Assembly (NCBI RefSeq): GCF_006345805.1
Contig: NC_043000.1
Span: 11,904,001 to 11,968,000 of the forward strand
Direction: 5' to 3'
From: Octopus sinensis
Taxonomy: Eukaryota
DNA length: 64,000 nt
Shown here: positions 37,631-50,713 of the stretch, piece after piece
Layout: each line of letters begins with the position of its first letter
Numbering within the stretch: position 1 is the stretch's first letter
Translations under genes and position numbers: made by a program
Notes under the pieces: generated by a model
Databases searched by the model: none
What the model was told of the DNA's origin: nothing
The model's input: only the letters and a program-made list of their open reading frames with translations

Positions 37631-37730
37631 GTAAATATATATATATATATATTCAAAATGTGACCGCGTGTATACCGTTGGCGATTTATTTTCCTCCGTC
37701 TTCCCTTCTTTGGATCTTTCTTGTTCCTAT

Positions 37731-37765
37731 ATTTCTGACGGAGAGCTCCGCTCGAAACGTTAAAC
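37731..37765 (+). ncRNA. Minimal type-I hammerhead ribozyme motif
   Basis: ATTT-CTGACGG-A-GAGC-TCC-GCTC-GAA-ACGT-T-AAAC; within a repeat at 37655-37865 flanked by (TA)n. Confidence 0.6.
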
Positions 37766-38027
37766 CCTCCTTCTTTCTTTCCTTTCCTGAGTGTTCAATA
37801 ACTCAGTACTTATTCCACGTCCTCGCGTTGTTGTGTTTTCTCTCTGTTCATGTTTGGATTAACTATATATATAAAATGGGATAAGAACGCAACACATCCG
37901 GACAGCTAGGTGATACAAAAATGGGACAACAAAACATCCAGATAGACGATACAAAGAAAGCAATTCGACTGGAGTAAGCACATAAATGTGAAACGAGGTG
38001 GGGAAAAGAGTACTCAAATACCATTGG

Positions 38028-38410
38028 GGATCTTTTCCTTTTGGTAGACAGAATTCAACACAATTTCTAGTTAACTAAACAATTTGAAACTTTGTATACT
38101 GGTAGAATGTGTCAAAAGAAAACATTATTTTCACTTGGCTTTTTTGATAAATTTGTAATTCGTTTGTTTAACGAATTTTAACCAATCCTATGCTCACTTT
38201 TGAGCTGAAATCATTTGCTGCATTATCAATATTGATAAACAAACGAGGAGGGTCGTGTTGGCATGTGCTAGAAATAACAGCCATATCTCTTAAATCGATG
38301 AATTTCGTCGCCCAATAAAAATATTAACGATTCTACCAGTATACGAAGTTTCAAATTGTTTAGTTAACTAGAAATTGTGTTGAATTCTGTCTACCAAAAG
38401 GAAAAGATCC
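38028..38410. mobile_element. MITE with ~80-bp TIRs and 8-bp TSD (Merlin-like)
   Basis: GGATCTTTTCCTTTTGGTAGACAG... / ...CTGTCTACCAAAAGGAAAAGATCC; TSD ACCATTGG on both sides. Confidence 0.85.
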
Positions 38411-38559
38411 ACCATTGGTTGGAATTAAAAGAGGATCAGAGCAGGATAAAGTGTCAATGGACACCAACTTGCCAAGAATTGACCCACACACTTGGTTTCA
38501 TGATTTTCCTTTGCAGCACATATAGAGTGAGAGATGCACGATTTAATTATGAAACATGC

Positions 38560-38835
38560 AACAGACTGCCGCTGATCCTTTTCTAGTTTTGAGTGACGCC
38601 GTCATGCGTATCCCCTTTCGTCCTCTAGTTCAGACGTTGACATCTGTTGTAGTCATCATCCGCTTACTCCACCGTTGGGGTCTTTGGGTGTCGATTGTGC
38701 TTACTCTGGGCCCTCTTCCTTCACCTTGCCGCCGCCAAGGGTGGCCTTCCCAATAGATTAGAACTCCTGACAGCATCGCTCTCAGAGTACACGCATGCCC
38801 CTCCACCACGACACGGAGCGACCTAGTGATAGGAA
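38560..38835 (-). mobile_element. RTE-clade LINE 5' UTR-like fragment
   Basis: GTGTCGTGGTGGAGGGGCATGCGTG...GGCCACCC resembles RTE (BovB/Expander-type) 5' ends (from memory). Confidence 0.5.
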
Positions 38836-38928
38836 TAAATGAATTCTGCGTGCAAGAATTTAGCAAAGGGCTCAATGAAATAGAAAGGCTGTATAGGGAA
38901 CGCGGATGTAAGTTTATTTTAAATCTTA

Positions 38929-39232
38929 CTAGCAGTATCGCCCGGCGTTGCTCGGGTTTGTAAGGGAAATAACTATATAAGCATTTTTAGAGAGTTATAG
39001 CCAAAAAATAGCAAAAAAATGCATTAAAAATGGAAAAAAAATGATGTTAAATTATTTTTAAAATCGTAGACTCATCGTAGACGCGCGCTAATACCCAGAA
39101 GGGCTCGATATGAATCACGACTATAAGATACCCGGTTTTGGTTAAACTGCACCGCAAAATGTGGGAGGAGTTAGGAATCTAAATCGTAGGAGACAGACAC
39201 TCACACAACTTCACTTTTATATATAAAGAAGA
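38929..39232 (-). mobile_element. Non-autonomous Helitron
   Basis: Near-identical to 26310-26708 minus an internal duplication. Confidence 0.85.
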
Positions 39233-39649
39233 TATCCCGGATTATTTCACACGTGTCATTCCGTTCAAGCAATTCGTACATTCACACACACGCACATATA
39301 CGCACGCACTCACGCACACACACACACCACACACACACACATATGTTACAGCTCTGAATGTATCAATCTACATACACAACTGATTAAACCGCACATGTAT
39401 CCACTTACAACACACCCTACATGCGTGCATTCGCACACAGGCAGGCAGGCAGGCAGACAGACAGATACATAGACAGATAGATTGATAGACAGACAAATAG
39501 ACAGACAGACAGACTGAAATATAGACAGACAGACAGACAGATAGACACATGCATGAATTTATATATATATATATATATATATATGAGCAATACACATTCT
39601 AAAACCTATACTGTGTTTCACACCACACACACATACACACACACATATA

Positions 39650-39822
39650 GGCGTAGGAGTGGCTGTGTGGTAAGTAGCTAGCTTGCCAACCACATGGTTC
39701 CGGGTTCAGTCCCACTGCGTGGCACCTTGAGCAAGTGTCTTTTACTATAGCTTCGGGCCGACCAAAACCTTGTGAGTGGATTTGGTTGGCGGAAACTGAA
39801 AGAAGCCCGTCGTATATATGTA

Positions 39823-39867
<45 letters not shown>

Positions 39868-40073
39868 TTGTGTCTTTGTTGTCCCCCCCAACATCGCTTG
39901 ACCTCCGATGCTGGTGTGTTTACGTCCCCGTAACTGAGCGGGTCGGCAAAAGGAGCCCGATAGAATAAGTACTAGGCTTACAAAGAATAAGTCCTGTGGT
40001 CGATTTGCTCGACTAAAGGCGGTGCTCCAGCATGGCCGCAGTCAAATGACTGAAACAAGTAAAAGGGTAAAAG
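39650..40073 (+). mobile_element. SINE family B
   Basis: Full-length copy. Confidence 0.9.
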
Positions 40074-41765
40074 AACATATATATACGTCACATCTCCAGT
40101 GGAGCAGACGCACTCTTAGCATATCTACCACACGAACAGAATTCACGTACACACACATACACACACACACACACACACGCACACAAACATACAATAGATA
40201 CGTACGTCACATGAACTATGCATACATACACCAGTACATACACATCTATAGTTCTATCATCAAACACTTCCACATACACGCTCATACACTCACACATACA
40301 CACATACACAACATAAATATATACATACAGACATATAACACGTACACGTATACACATAACGAGACTCAAAGTTGACTAGAAATAATAGCAATATTTCCCT
40401 CGAATCTCACCCAAGTAAGTCTAAAAGAAAAAAGAAAAGGGTTTGGCTGACGTTGTCCCTGAAATGTAATAATAAGAACGTGACAGTCACCCCCCGGAAC
40501 ACCTTTGATCATATTTCTACTCGAACCGGCTGACCTTGGGTTAAACAACAAGAACAACAACAACATATATCGATACACACTTCGAAAGTAAAACACGAGC
40601 GTATAATACATACACACACAAACGCACATACATACATACATACATACATACATTCGTACACCTATGTACAAACACTACACACACACACCACACATGCATT
40701 GCCGACAGAACAACCAAATTCTCTCCACTCACACACATGCGTCTTAAAAAAGGGAAGGACACATCGGCTTACTGTAGTCCTAAATACAACAACAACAATA
40801 ACAATTACAACACCCACACAATACAACTATAAAGCACAGGCTTAGAAATACACTCACACACGTATACATACGTATTTATATATATATAAATAATATATAC
40901 ATATACCAACATCAAACACACATAAAATTACACCCATGTATATACACACATACACACACACATACACACACACTATATATATACACTCACATACACGTAT
41001 ACATATGTATTGATATATATATATACATATACCAACATGAAACAGAATTATACCCATGTGTATACACATACACACACACCACACACCACATATATATATA
41101 TATATATATATATACACTCACCACACTTGCATACATATGTATCTCTCTCTCTCGCTCTCTATATATATATATATACATATACCAATATCAAACACATAAA
41201 ATTACACCCATGTATATACACACATACACACACACATATATATATACATACACTCACACACACGTACACACACACACACGTATACATATGTATTTATATA
41301 TATATATACATATACCAGCATGACACAACACACACACACACACACATATATATACATACACTTACACACACGCATGGGGCCTACCAACAGCTTCGCTATC
41401 AAACACGCATACAACACTGACACACACATACACAGAAGCACACATACAGGAACACACACTCATACATACAAACACACACACACACACACAAACACGTAAT
41501 GTTCTCTCCCATCTCTTCCCTCCACCCAACACTCCTCTATGTCATTCGTTGACCACCCCCACCCGAGCCGCCGATCCCCCCCATCGCAGCATCTACACTT
41601 TTTCCACTGCCATCATGCCAAGACAACTAGTCAGCTAGCTAGCTAGCTGGCTATTTGCCTAGCTGACTAGCTAGCTGTCTTTCTACTTCTCTAGTAAAGA
41701 CGTGTCCATGACTGGGTAGGGTTGTCAAGGTGAAAGGGCGAATGCGTAAGTGCAAATGTGTGTGT

Positions 41766-41865
41766 NNNNNNNNNNNNNNNNNNNNNNNNNNNNNNNNNNN
41801 NNNNNNNNNNNNNNNNNNNNNNNNNNNNNNNNNNNNNNNNNNNNNNNNNNNNNNNNNNNNNNNNN
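41766..41865. other. Assembly gap (100 N)
   Basis: Direct. Confidence 1.
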
Positions 41866-42309
41866 ACATGCATGCATGCATGCATACATACATACATACA
41901 TACATACATACATGTGTGTGCGTGTGTGTGAACGTATATATGTATATTTGTCTGTCACTAGTGTATGCATGTATGTATGTATGTATTTATTCTCTTCCAT
42001 TTTAAATTCTTTGAATTCTTCCTAGGGGGAAGTGGATGTTTTTATAAGAAAGAAAACAGAGCCCCCTACGTCGTAAGAATTTAGATAACAACAGCAGTAA
42101 AAAAGTGACTATCTGGAATTCACTAAATTCTTTCATATCTGCACTGTTCCGCTTACAGATTGAATTTTTAAATTGCAGTTTGGACAATCTCTATATTCAC
42201 CCCAAACCAAATCTCAGCATATCCAAAATATTACACAAATACATTGTAATGCAACCGAGAAGTATGCAACTAAGATAAAATCTTTTATTTTTTCATTTAT
42301 TTTTTCATA

Positions 42310-42712
42310 GGCGTAGAAGTGGCTGTGTGGTAAGTAGCTTGCTTACGAACCACATGGTTCCGGGTTCAGTCCCACTGCGCGGCACCTTGGGCAAGTGTCT
42401 TCTACTATAGCCTCAGGCCGACCAAAGCCTTGTGAGTGGATTTGGTAGGCGGAAACTGAAAGAAGCCCGTCGTATATATGTATATATGTATGTATGTGTA
42501 TATGTTTCTGTGTCTGTGTTTGTCCCCTCAACATCGTTTGACAACCGATGCTGGTGTGTTTACGTTCCCGTAACTTAGCGGTCCGGCAAGAGAGACCGAT
42601 AGAATAAGTACTTGGCTTACAAAGAATAAGTCCTCGGGTCGATTTGCTCGACTAAAGGCGGTACTCCAGCATGGCCACAGTCACATGACTGAAACAAGTA
42701 AAAGAGGTAAAA
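42310..42712 (+). mobile_element. SINE family B
   Basis: Full-length copy; followed by a degenerate minus copy at 42725-43090. Confidence 0.9.
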
Positions 42713-43237
42713 AGTTGTCTAATTACTTCTTTCAATCGTTGGATTGCGGCCATGCCGAGGCACTGCACTGAAGAGTTTTAGTCGAACAAATCGACCCCAG
42801 GAGTTATTCTTTTAAAGACTAGTACTTATTTTTTTGCTGAATTGTTAGAATACGTGAACGCAAACAAACTAATACCGTATGTCAAGCGGTGAGGAAGAGA
42901 CAAATGCAGACACAAGGACACACATGTACTATAGGCTTCCACACAGTTTCCGACTTCCGAATATACTCACAAGGTCTGGGGTTATAGTAGAAGCCGCTTA
43001 CTCAAAAGGTCGCGCAGTGGGACTGCCCCCCCCCCCAAAAAAAAATGTGTTCGCAACGCGAACTTCATAACCACACAGTCATGCCTGCGTCTAAATGCAT
43101 ATAACCTATTTATATTCTGGGTAGGGAAATGCTAGGTTACGTCAAAATTGCTTCAAAATATCCTTTTCCTCGCTGATTTTGAGTGAAACTTTCGCAACTG
43201 GGCAGATTATATCTATCTGCGAATGTCTGTATGTATG

Positions 43238-43605
43238 ATGGAAGCACTCCGTCGGTAACGACGATGAGGGTTCCGGTTGATCCGAATCAACGGAACAGCC
43301 TGCTCGTGAAATTAACGTGTAAGTGGCTGAGCACCCTTAGCGTAGTTCTCGGGGATATTCAGCGTGACACAGAGAGTGACAAGGCCGGACCCTTGAAATT
43401 CAGGTACAACAGAAACAGGAAGTAAGAGTGAGAGAAAGTTGTGGTGAAAGAGTACAGAAGGGATCACCACCATCCCCTACCGGAACCTCGCGGAGCTTTT
43501 AGGTGTTTTCGCTCAATAAATACTCACAACGCCCGGTCTGGGAATCGAAACCGCGATCCTATGACCGCGAGTCCGCTGCCCTAACCACTGGGCCATTGCG
43601 CCTCC
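43238..43605 (-). mobile_element. SINE family C
   Basis: TSD GTCTGTATGTAT. Confidence 0.9.
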
Positions 43606-43984
43606 ACGTCTGTATGTATAAATGCGGGCTTATCTGCATTTAAGTTCGTACAGATGCATGTCATGTATCTGTATACGTATTTATGATTGTATATGTTTTC
43701 TCCTCTTTTTAATTTGGAGTCAATTCCACTGGCCAACTGCTTGGTAGCGATACTGTCAAGGAAGCAATCTTACTTTGTTCACCATCCTTTAAATCTTAAC
43801 ACTTTAGCATTTAAACTACCTATATCCGGCCCAAGTAGGCCACCTGTTTTATGCTTAAACTGACCAGATCTGGCTTCATCCACCTACTCTCCGATGTCAT
43901 TCTAAAATTAACTATCACATTGTCAAAATATTGAAGACTACTACTATAGTGCTAGTGCATGCATATACACTAGTGCATGCATGT

Positions 43985-44646
43985 ACCTAATTTATCGACC
44001 CCCAAAGGATGAAAGGCAAAGTCAACCTCGTCGGAATTTGAACTCTGAACGTAAAGACAGACGAAATACCTATTTCTTTACTACCCACAAGGTGCTAAAC
44101 ACAGAGAGGACAAACAAGGACAGACAAACGGATTAAGTCGATTACATCGACCCCAGCGCGTAACAGGTACTAATTTATCGACCCCGAAAGGATGAAAGGG
44201 AAAGTCGACCTCGGCGGAATTTGAACTCAGAACGTAACGGTAGACGAAATACCTTTTTCTTTACAACCCACAAAGGGCTAAACATAGAGGGGACAGACAA
44301 GGACAGACAAACGGATTAAGTCGATTACATGGACCCCAGTGCGAAACTGGTACCTAATTTATCGACCCCGAAAGGATGAAAGGCAAAGTCGACCTCGGCG
44401 GAATTTGAACTCAGAACGTATCGGCAGACGAAATACCTTTTTCTTTATTACCCACAAGGGGCTAAACATAGAGGGGACAAACAAGAACAGACATAGGTAT
44501 TAAGTCGATTACATCGACGCCAGTGCATAGCTGGTACTTAATTTATCCACCCCGAAAGGATGAAAGGCAAAGTCGACCTCGGCGGAATAGACGAAATACC
44601 GCTAAGCATTTCCCGACGTGCTAACGTTTCTGCCAGCTCGCCGCCT
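43985..44646 (-). mobile_element. SINE family A tandem multimer (about 4 units)
   Basis: ~180-bp period; only the first unit has the complete head. Confidence 0.9.
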
Positions 44647-45561
44647 TGTCACCGAGGTTAAATAACCGCTAAATAATTGCCTCAAAACCACAGATTATTC
44701 AGGGAATCTGCGATAAAAACCATTTTTTATTAAAAGACAAAGTTGATCTTGACGGGTTTTGAAATCAGAATGTCGGGAAAAGGAACTAAATATTGTCGTC
44801 TGCTCCACTATTTCTTCTTCTGCATTGTATTACCTTCAACGTAAAGCCTCTCTCAGACCAACTGACAGGCAGGCATGCACAAAATGGAGGAATTCAAAGT
44901 CAAGTGTTACTAATGATGGTAGTAGTAGTAGTAGTAGTAGGTGTTTTGCTGTATAATAGTGGAGTTAGCAGTGAAGGTGGAACTAGTTGTGGAGGAGGGA
45001 AGGTGGGAGGAGGGTTGCTATACGTAGTAGTAGTGGGTGTTGGTGTTGGTTGTTGTAGTGGCGGCAGTGGTGGTGGTGGTGGTGGTGGTGGTGGTCTTGG
45101 TGGTGGTGGTGGTGGTGGTGGTGTCTTGGTGGTGGTGGATTCGGCGCCTGTGATATTGACGTTGGTGCATGGAGAGGAAGTGGTTGGGGAAGTTGGGGGA
45201 TGTGAACGGGAGGGATAAGGGAGGAGGGAAAGGACGAGGAGGTGGAGGAGGAGGAGGCGATGTTGCTATGGGGGTGGGGAAGGGATGGAAAGGATGCATG
45301 TTCTTACAAGGAGTGCGCTGGGGCGACGGTGGCAACTGAGGTGCAGTGGCGGGTGGTAGTGGGGGATGGTTCAGGTGGTGGTGGTGGTGGTGGTGGTGGT
45401 TTTAGGGAAGTAAGAAAAAGGCGGCTGTGGTGGGTGACTCATCAATGGCGGAGGGATACGTATAGGGAAGGCAGTCCTGGGACACCGTCTAACTGGAAAC
45501 GTGCGGATAAATACATACATACATACATACATACATACATACATACATACATGCATACATA

Positions 45562-45944
45562 GGCGCAGGAGTGGCTGTGTGGTAAGTAGCTTGCTAACCA
45601 ACCACATGGTTCCGGGTTCAGTCCCACTGCGTGGCATCTTGGGCAAGTGCCTTCTACTAGCCTTGTGAGTGGATTTGGTAGACGGAAACTGAAAGAAGCC
45701 TGTCGTATATATGTATGTATATATAAGTGTGTGTGTATATGTTTGTGTGTCTGTGTTTGTCCCCCTAGCATTGCTTGACAACCGATGCTGGTGTGTTTAC
45801 GTCCCCGTAACATAGCGGTTCGGCAAAAGAGACCGATAGAATAAATACTGGGCTTACAGAGAATAAGTCCCGGGGTCGATTTGCTCGACTAAAGGCGGTG
45901 CTCCAGCATGGCCGCAGTCAAATGACTGAAACAAGTAAAAGAGT

Positions 45945-45977
<33 letters not shown>

Positions 45978-46345
45978 TTTAGGCGTAGGAGTGGCTGTGT
46001 GGTAAGTGGCTTGCTTACGAACCACATGGTCCCGGTTCAGTCCCGCTGCGTAGCAACTTGGGTAAGTGCCTTTTACTATAGCCTCGGGCCGACCAAAGCC
46101 TTGTGAGTGGATTTGGTAGACGGAAACTGAAAGAAGCCCGTCGTATATGTATATATATATATATGTGTGTGTCTGTGTTGTCCCCCGCCCCCAACATCGC
46201 TTCATGCTGGCGTATTTCCGTTCCCGTAACTTAGAATAAGTACTAGGCTTACAAAGAATAAGTCCTGGAGTCGATTTGCTCGACTAAAGGCTGTGCTCCA
46301 GCATGGCCACAGTCAAATGACTGAAACAAGTAAAAGAGTAAAGAG
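45562..46345 (+). mobile_element. Two tandem family B SINEs (45562-45943, 45982-46345)
   Basis: Homology to family B; each preceded by (CATA)n. Confidence 0.9.
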
Positions 46346-46359
46346 TATATATACATACA

Positions 46360-46630
46360 GGCGGCGTGCTGGCAGATAAGGCGGCGTGCTGGCAGAAAGG
46401 CGGCGTGCTAGCAGACTCGTTAGCGCGCCGGGCGAAATGCTTAGCGGTATTTCGTCTGTCGTTACGTTCTGAGTTCAAATTCCGCCGAGGTCGACTTTAC
46501 CTTTCATCCTTTCGGGGTCGATAAATAAAGTACCAGTTTCGCACTGGGGAGTCGATGTAATCGACTTAATCCGTTTGTCTGTCCTTGTTTGTCCCCTCTG
46601 TGTTTAGCCCCTTGTGGGCAATAAAGAAAT
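46360..46630 (+). mobile_element. SINE family A with triplicated head
   Basis: GGCGGCGTGCT(G/A)GCAGA three times. Confidence 0.88.
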
Positions 46631-46647
46631 ATATATACAGAGAGAGA

Positions 46648-46684
<37 letters not shown>

Positions 46685-47150
46685 TTGGTGGTGGCGTTTT
46701 AATGATGTGGATGGTAATTGGAATGCTGTGTGGGGTGCCATTGGTCGGAGTGGTAGTCATGGTGGTGGTGGTGGTTGGTTTTCTGTTGTGTTAGGCATCA
46801 TATTGTTGTCATTTAGTTTCAGGTTATCGCTGAGCGAGATGACCTATGGTCAAAAGGTTTTGCAGTCGCGACCATCCATCTCTCTACTCCCTGGATAGAA
46901 CACCAGTCTATTACAGGTTAACGTTCTTAGATGATCTGAAATCTGTTCCTATCGACCGCCGAATTTAATTAGACGATGTAGACTACAGTGTTCTGTTGTA
47001 GAACCGCATTGAATCGCCAACATGTGGACACGAACTCGCGTTCTACAAGTAGGTGGTAATCTCAACACTGAAGAATAAAAATAATAATCAATAATTGTCA
47101 ATGACTAATATCTTCACTTTCCTGGCAAGTACAGTCGTATTTCAAGACAA

Positions 47151-47192
47151 GTCAGGACATGTTTTGGTCTTATTCTGACCTCATCAGTGAAA
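47151..47192 (-). ncRNA. Decayed minimal hammerhead motif
   Basis: TTTCA-CTGATGA-GGTC-AGAATAA-GACC-AAAA-CATG-TC-CTGAC; GAAA changed to AAAA. Confidence 0.5.
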
Positions 47193-47441
47193 CCTCAACT
47201 TCACCGTATATTCTGAAATGGTGATAAAATTAATCATCACAGAAGGTTGTATTTTCAGAATATTCTGGAATAATGTACACCAAAGTAGAGGTATTTATGA
47301 TTTGAAATTTACTACTTAGCTTAGAGAAAGAAAGCTGAATGCTAGGGGTATTCTGTTGCGACTCACGAAGGATAAATAGGATGGATAATTTCAGTCAAGA
47401 ATTAAAATAATTTAATTTTCATATTAAATAGAAATTGTTTT

Positions 47442-47780
47442 AGGAGTGGCTATGTCCTTAGTAGCTTGCTTACCAACCACATGGTTGTGGGTTCAGTCCC
47501 ACTGTGTGGCACCTTGGGCAAGTGTCTTCTATTGTACCCTCGGCCGACCAAAGCCTTGTGAGTGGATTTAGTAGACGGAAACTGAAAGAAGCCCGTCGTA
47601 TGTATGGATATATATGTAAATGTTTCTGTGTCTGTGTTTGACAATCAATGCTGGTATGTTTACGTCCCCGTAACTTAGCGGTTCGGCAAAAGAGATCCGA
47701 TAGAATAAGTACTATGCTTACAAAGAATAAGTCCTGGGGTCGATTTGCTCGACTAAAGGCGGTGCTCCAGCATGGCCACA
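47442..47780 (+). mobile_element. SINE family B
   Basis: Homology to family B. Confidence 0.85.
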
Positions 47781-47911
47781 GGATGATGAACCTTCCAGCA
47801 CGCCACATACACACACACATACATATGTATACATACATACATACATACATACATACATACATACATACATACATACATACATACATACATACATGCATAC
47901 ACAAACACATA

Positions 47912-48128
47912 CGAGAGGGGGCAGAAAAGTTCCTGGCTTTGGATAATAGATAATACAGGAGGATCAGTTAATTAAGATTTTATCCAACATATTCCCCTCT
48001 CAGATTCACACACTTATTGCAGCGGTCCTTCAGCTTTTTTTTAAGCCCTATAAATGAAATCGGAAGGTTGGGCCTCCAACCAAGCCTTTCGCGACACTCT
48101 TAAAGCTAGAAACTTTTCAGCACCTCAG
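47912..48128. mobile_element. Mariner-derived MITE
   Basis: TIRs CGAGAGGGGGCAGAAAAGTTCCTGGCTTT / AAAGCTAGAAACTTTTCAGCACCTC; minus strand LKDRCNKCVNLRGEYVG* is a mariner C-terminus. Confidence 0.75.
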
Positions 48129-48669
48129 TGAACGACGTGAACAAAAGCTTGTTATTAAATGGAAACCTTCGTCTTCATGCGAGACAGAAAATGAAACAGC
48201 TGGCAGTATTCATTAGCACTTACAAAAGGCGGAGTGATGTTAATCGAATAACGAAATAATTGAAAATGATCTAATTTTCATGACTGACGGAAATTTTCAT
48301 TTTGCTAGTGGGAACAGCCAGGGTAGGTTTATTTACATTCTCCTAATTTGGCGGTTCGGAAAAATATCAAGACAATAGAATCGCAGACAGGTTTAAAATG
48401 TAAGAGCGAAGTTGATTTTACCAACGTCCTTCATGTTGGCATCCTGGTATGGTCGTAGTTCAATGACTGGAACAAATACGAGCAAAACAATATGGCTAAC
48501 CAAACAATCATTTATTCTACACATCCAGAGATACATGTATTTCATTTGCATTAAGCACAGGCCCCAAGATTTAATACTCACACTTTTCTCATCCACATCT
48601 TTACCATATGGGGTCCTAACAAAATCCGATAATAGGTATAGATGCAAATCTATCTAATTACTTGTCCCC

Positions 48670-48735
48670 TTCTAAAATCAGGCATAACCTGGCGATCGGC
48701 CGACTTACAACACCGTTCTTCGTCTTGAGTTTACT
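48670..48735 (-). pseudogene. BEL/Pao LTR-retrotransposon polyprotein C-terminal fragment
   Basis: KLKTKNGVVSRPIARLCLILE matches the DUF5641-type end (V.T..G...RPI.KLC.L). Confidence 0.5.
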
Positions 48736-50034
48736 TGGTAGAGTGTGTTTTACCAAGAGATTGGTTGTTTTTAACACATTCACCAATGCTATGTTGGGCT
48801 TTGCGTCTAGGCATCATCTGAGAGCTGAACGTATATGATCCTTCGTTATCTGCATGGTTGCCTCTGCGTAGTTGAACAAGGTCAAGGTGCGCTCTGGTTG
48901 GTTCTATGCAAATCCGGAACTGGGATCCGGAACTCTCGTGGAGAAAAAAAATTTCGTGCCCGGCGCGCTAAGTAAGTATAAAATATTAAAAATCACTTAA
49001 AGTAATATACAAAGATGGACAGGATCCTTCTTCATATATTACAGTTCGTGGGATACTGTCACGTTATCCCACGAACTTTTGCATAACCTCTAAGACTGGG
49101 TGTGGAGGGAAACGGAAGTAAGAGGCCACAATTTATAGATTACTGCAGTAAGATACAGCCAATCATGACATAATTTTGACCCCAGACTGAAGTCTGGGCT
49201 GAAGGTTTATATCTTGCTTCGGAGTGGACTCCGCTAAGGGATTTAAGGTACCAGGTGGTGGTGATGGTGTTAAACCATGTGGTGGATTATTTATACCACT
49301 TAATGTCTTAATGGTGTCAACATTTGTGTTTTGGGCGGGTTTTTCTGTTGGCAGTTTATGTGAGCTGGAAAATGGCGTATTCAATAATAATAGTGTGAAA
49401 CATAAATTATAGGCACATTGTGGACACAGCTATCTCTCAAGTCAACCGGAGAATGAATACTCCATTCACTCACAACAGAAATAAAGCAGGCACTTTTAAA
49501 CTATACAAGCGTTATCTTGTCATCTTCCATGGTAAATGGAGCGTGACAGTGTTGTCAGTGGCAAACAAAGATAATTGTTTTCGGAAATTGATAAATTATT
49601 GAAGTAGCTGTTTATGGAACGTGAGTTCGAATCTACATGGAAACGTTTCATTTCCATTGCGTTTCTGTTGCCCGAATACTTTATTCCACATGCTTGGTGT
49701 CATCTAGCTTGATTAGGAGCAGCTATTAATCACATCATCTGAGAATGTTAACCCGTGAAAGACTGGCGTTCTGTGAAGAGAGGAGAAAGAGATTAATTTC
49801 TCATCCGATTCATAGCAACATTAATAATGATAACCCTTTCAGGTACAAAATCTCAAATTTGGAGAGAGGGCTAACTGATTACATTTACTTCAATGTTCAA
49901 CTGGTATTTATTTCATCGACCCAGAAAGGATTAAAAGCAAAGTGGCGGTATTTGAGCTCAGACGTAAAGGCAGACATGCTGTTAAGCATCTTGTCCAGAG
50001 TGCTACCAGTTCTGCCGGTTCGCTGTCTTAATAA

Positions 50035-50250
50035 TAATCCTTTCTACTAAAAGCACAAAGCCTGATATTTTGAGGGAGGTGACTAGTCGATTACATCGGC
50101 CCCAGTGTTTCACTGGTACTTAATTTATCGCCTCCGAAAGGATGAAAAGTAAAGTCAACCCCGACGGAATTTGAACTCAGAACGTAAAGACGGGCGAAAT
50201 GCCGCGAAGCATTTTACCCTGCGTGCTAACGATTCTACCAGATCGCCGCT
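50035..50250 (-). mobile_element. SINE family A (older variant)
   Basis: Homology to family A; a degenerate twin at 49835-50025. Confidence 0.8.
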
Positions 50251-50609
50251 TTAATAACAACAATAACAAGAATCTGAGGGAATTTGATTTAACTATTGGC
50301 TTATTTAACATGTTTTGCTCTCATATATTGTTCTGAATTGTTTCTCCATCCATCCATTTCACCTTCCACTATTCCCGGGAGGTTCGTATGGATCGAATAC
50401 TCAGGCACCTTATCTCTTGGGTTATATCAGAAGGAACCCTCATTACATCTTCATTCTCGATTCCCAAGCATGACCAACTGACACTATGGATACTATCCAG
50501 CCATCTAATTTTTGACCAACTCAGCTCGAAGAATCTGTCTTGCCATCCTTTCCAGTGACATTTTAATTGCCGAAGCCTCATCTGTCATCTCCTACAGGTA
50601 AGTCCACGG

Positions 50610-50713
<104 letters not shown>

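Noticed and set aside
41651-42025. ORFs spanning Ns
   Set aside because: Artefacts of the assembly gap
42767-42792. CTGAAGA...GAA
   Set aside because: Mutated SINE B sequence with no stems
50369-50581. KIRWLDSI and similar short RTE-like peptides (also 56830-56900 and 58930-59080)
   Set aside because: Probably LINE 3' relics, but too decayed to delimit or call
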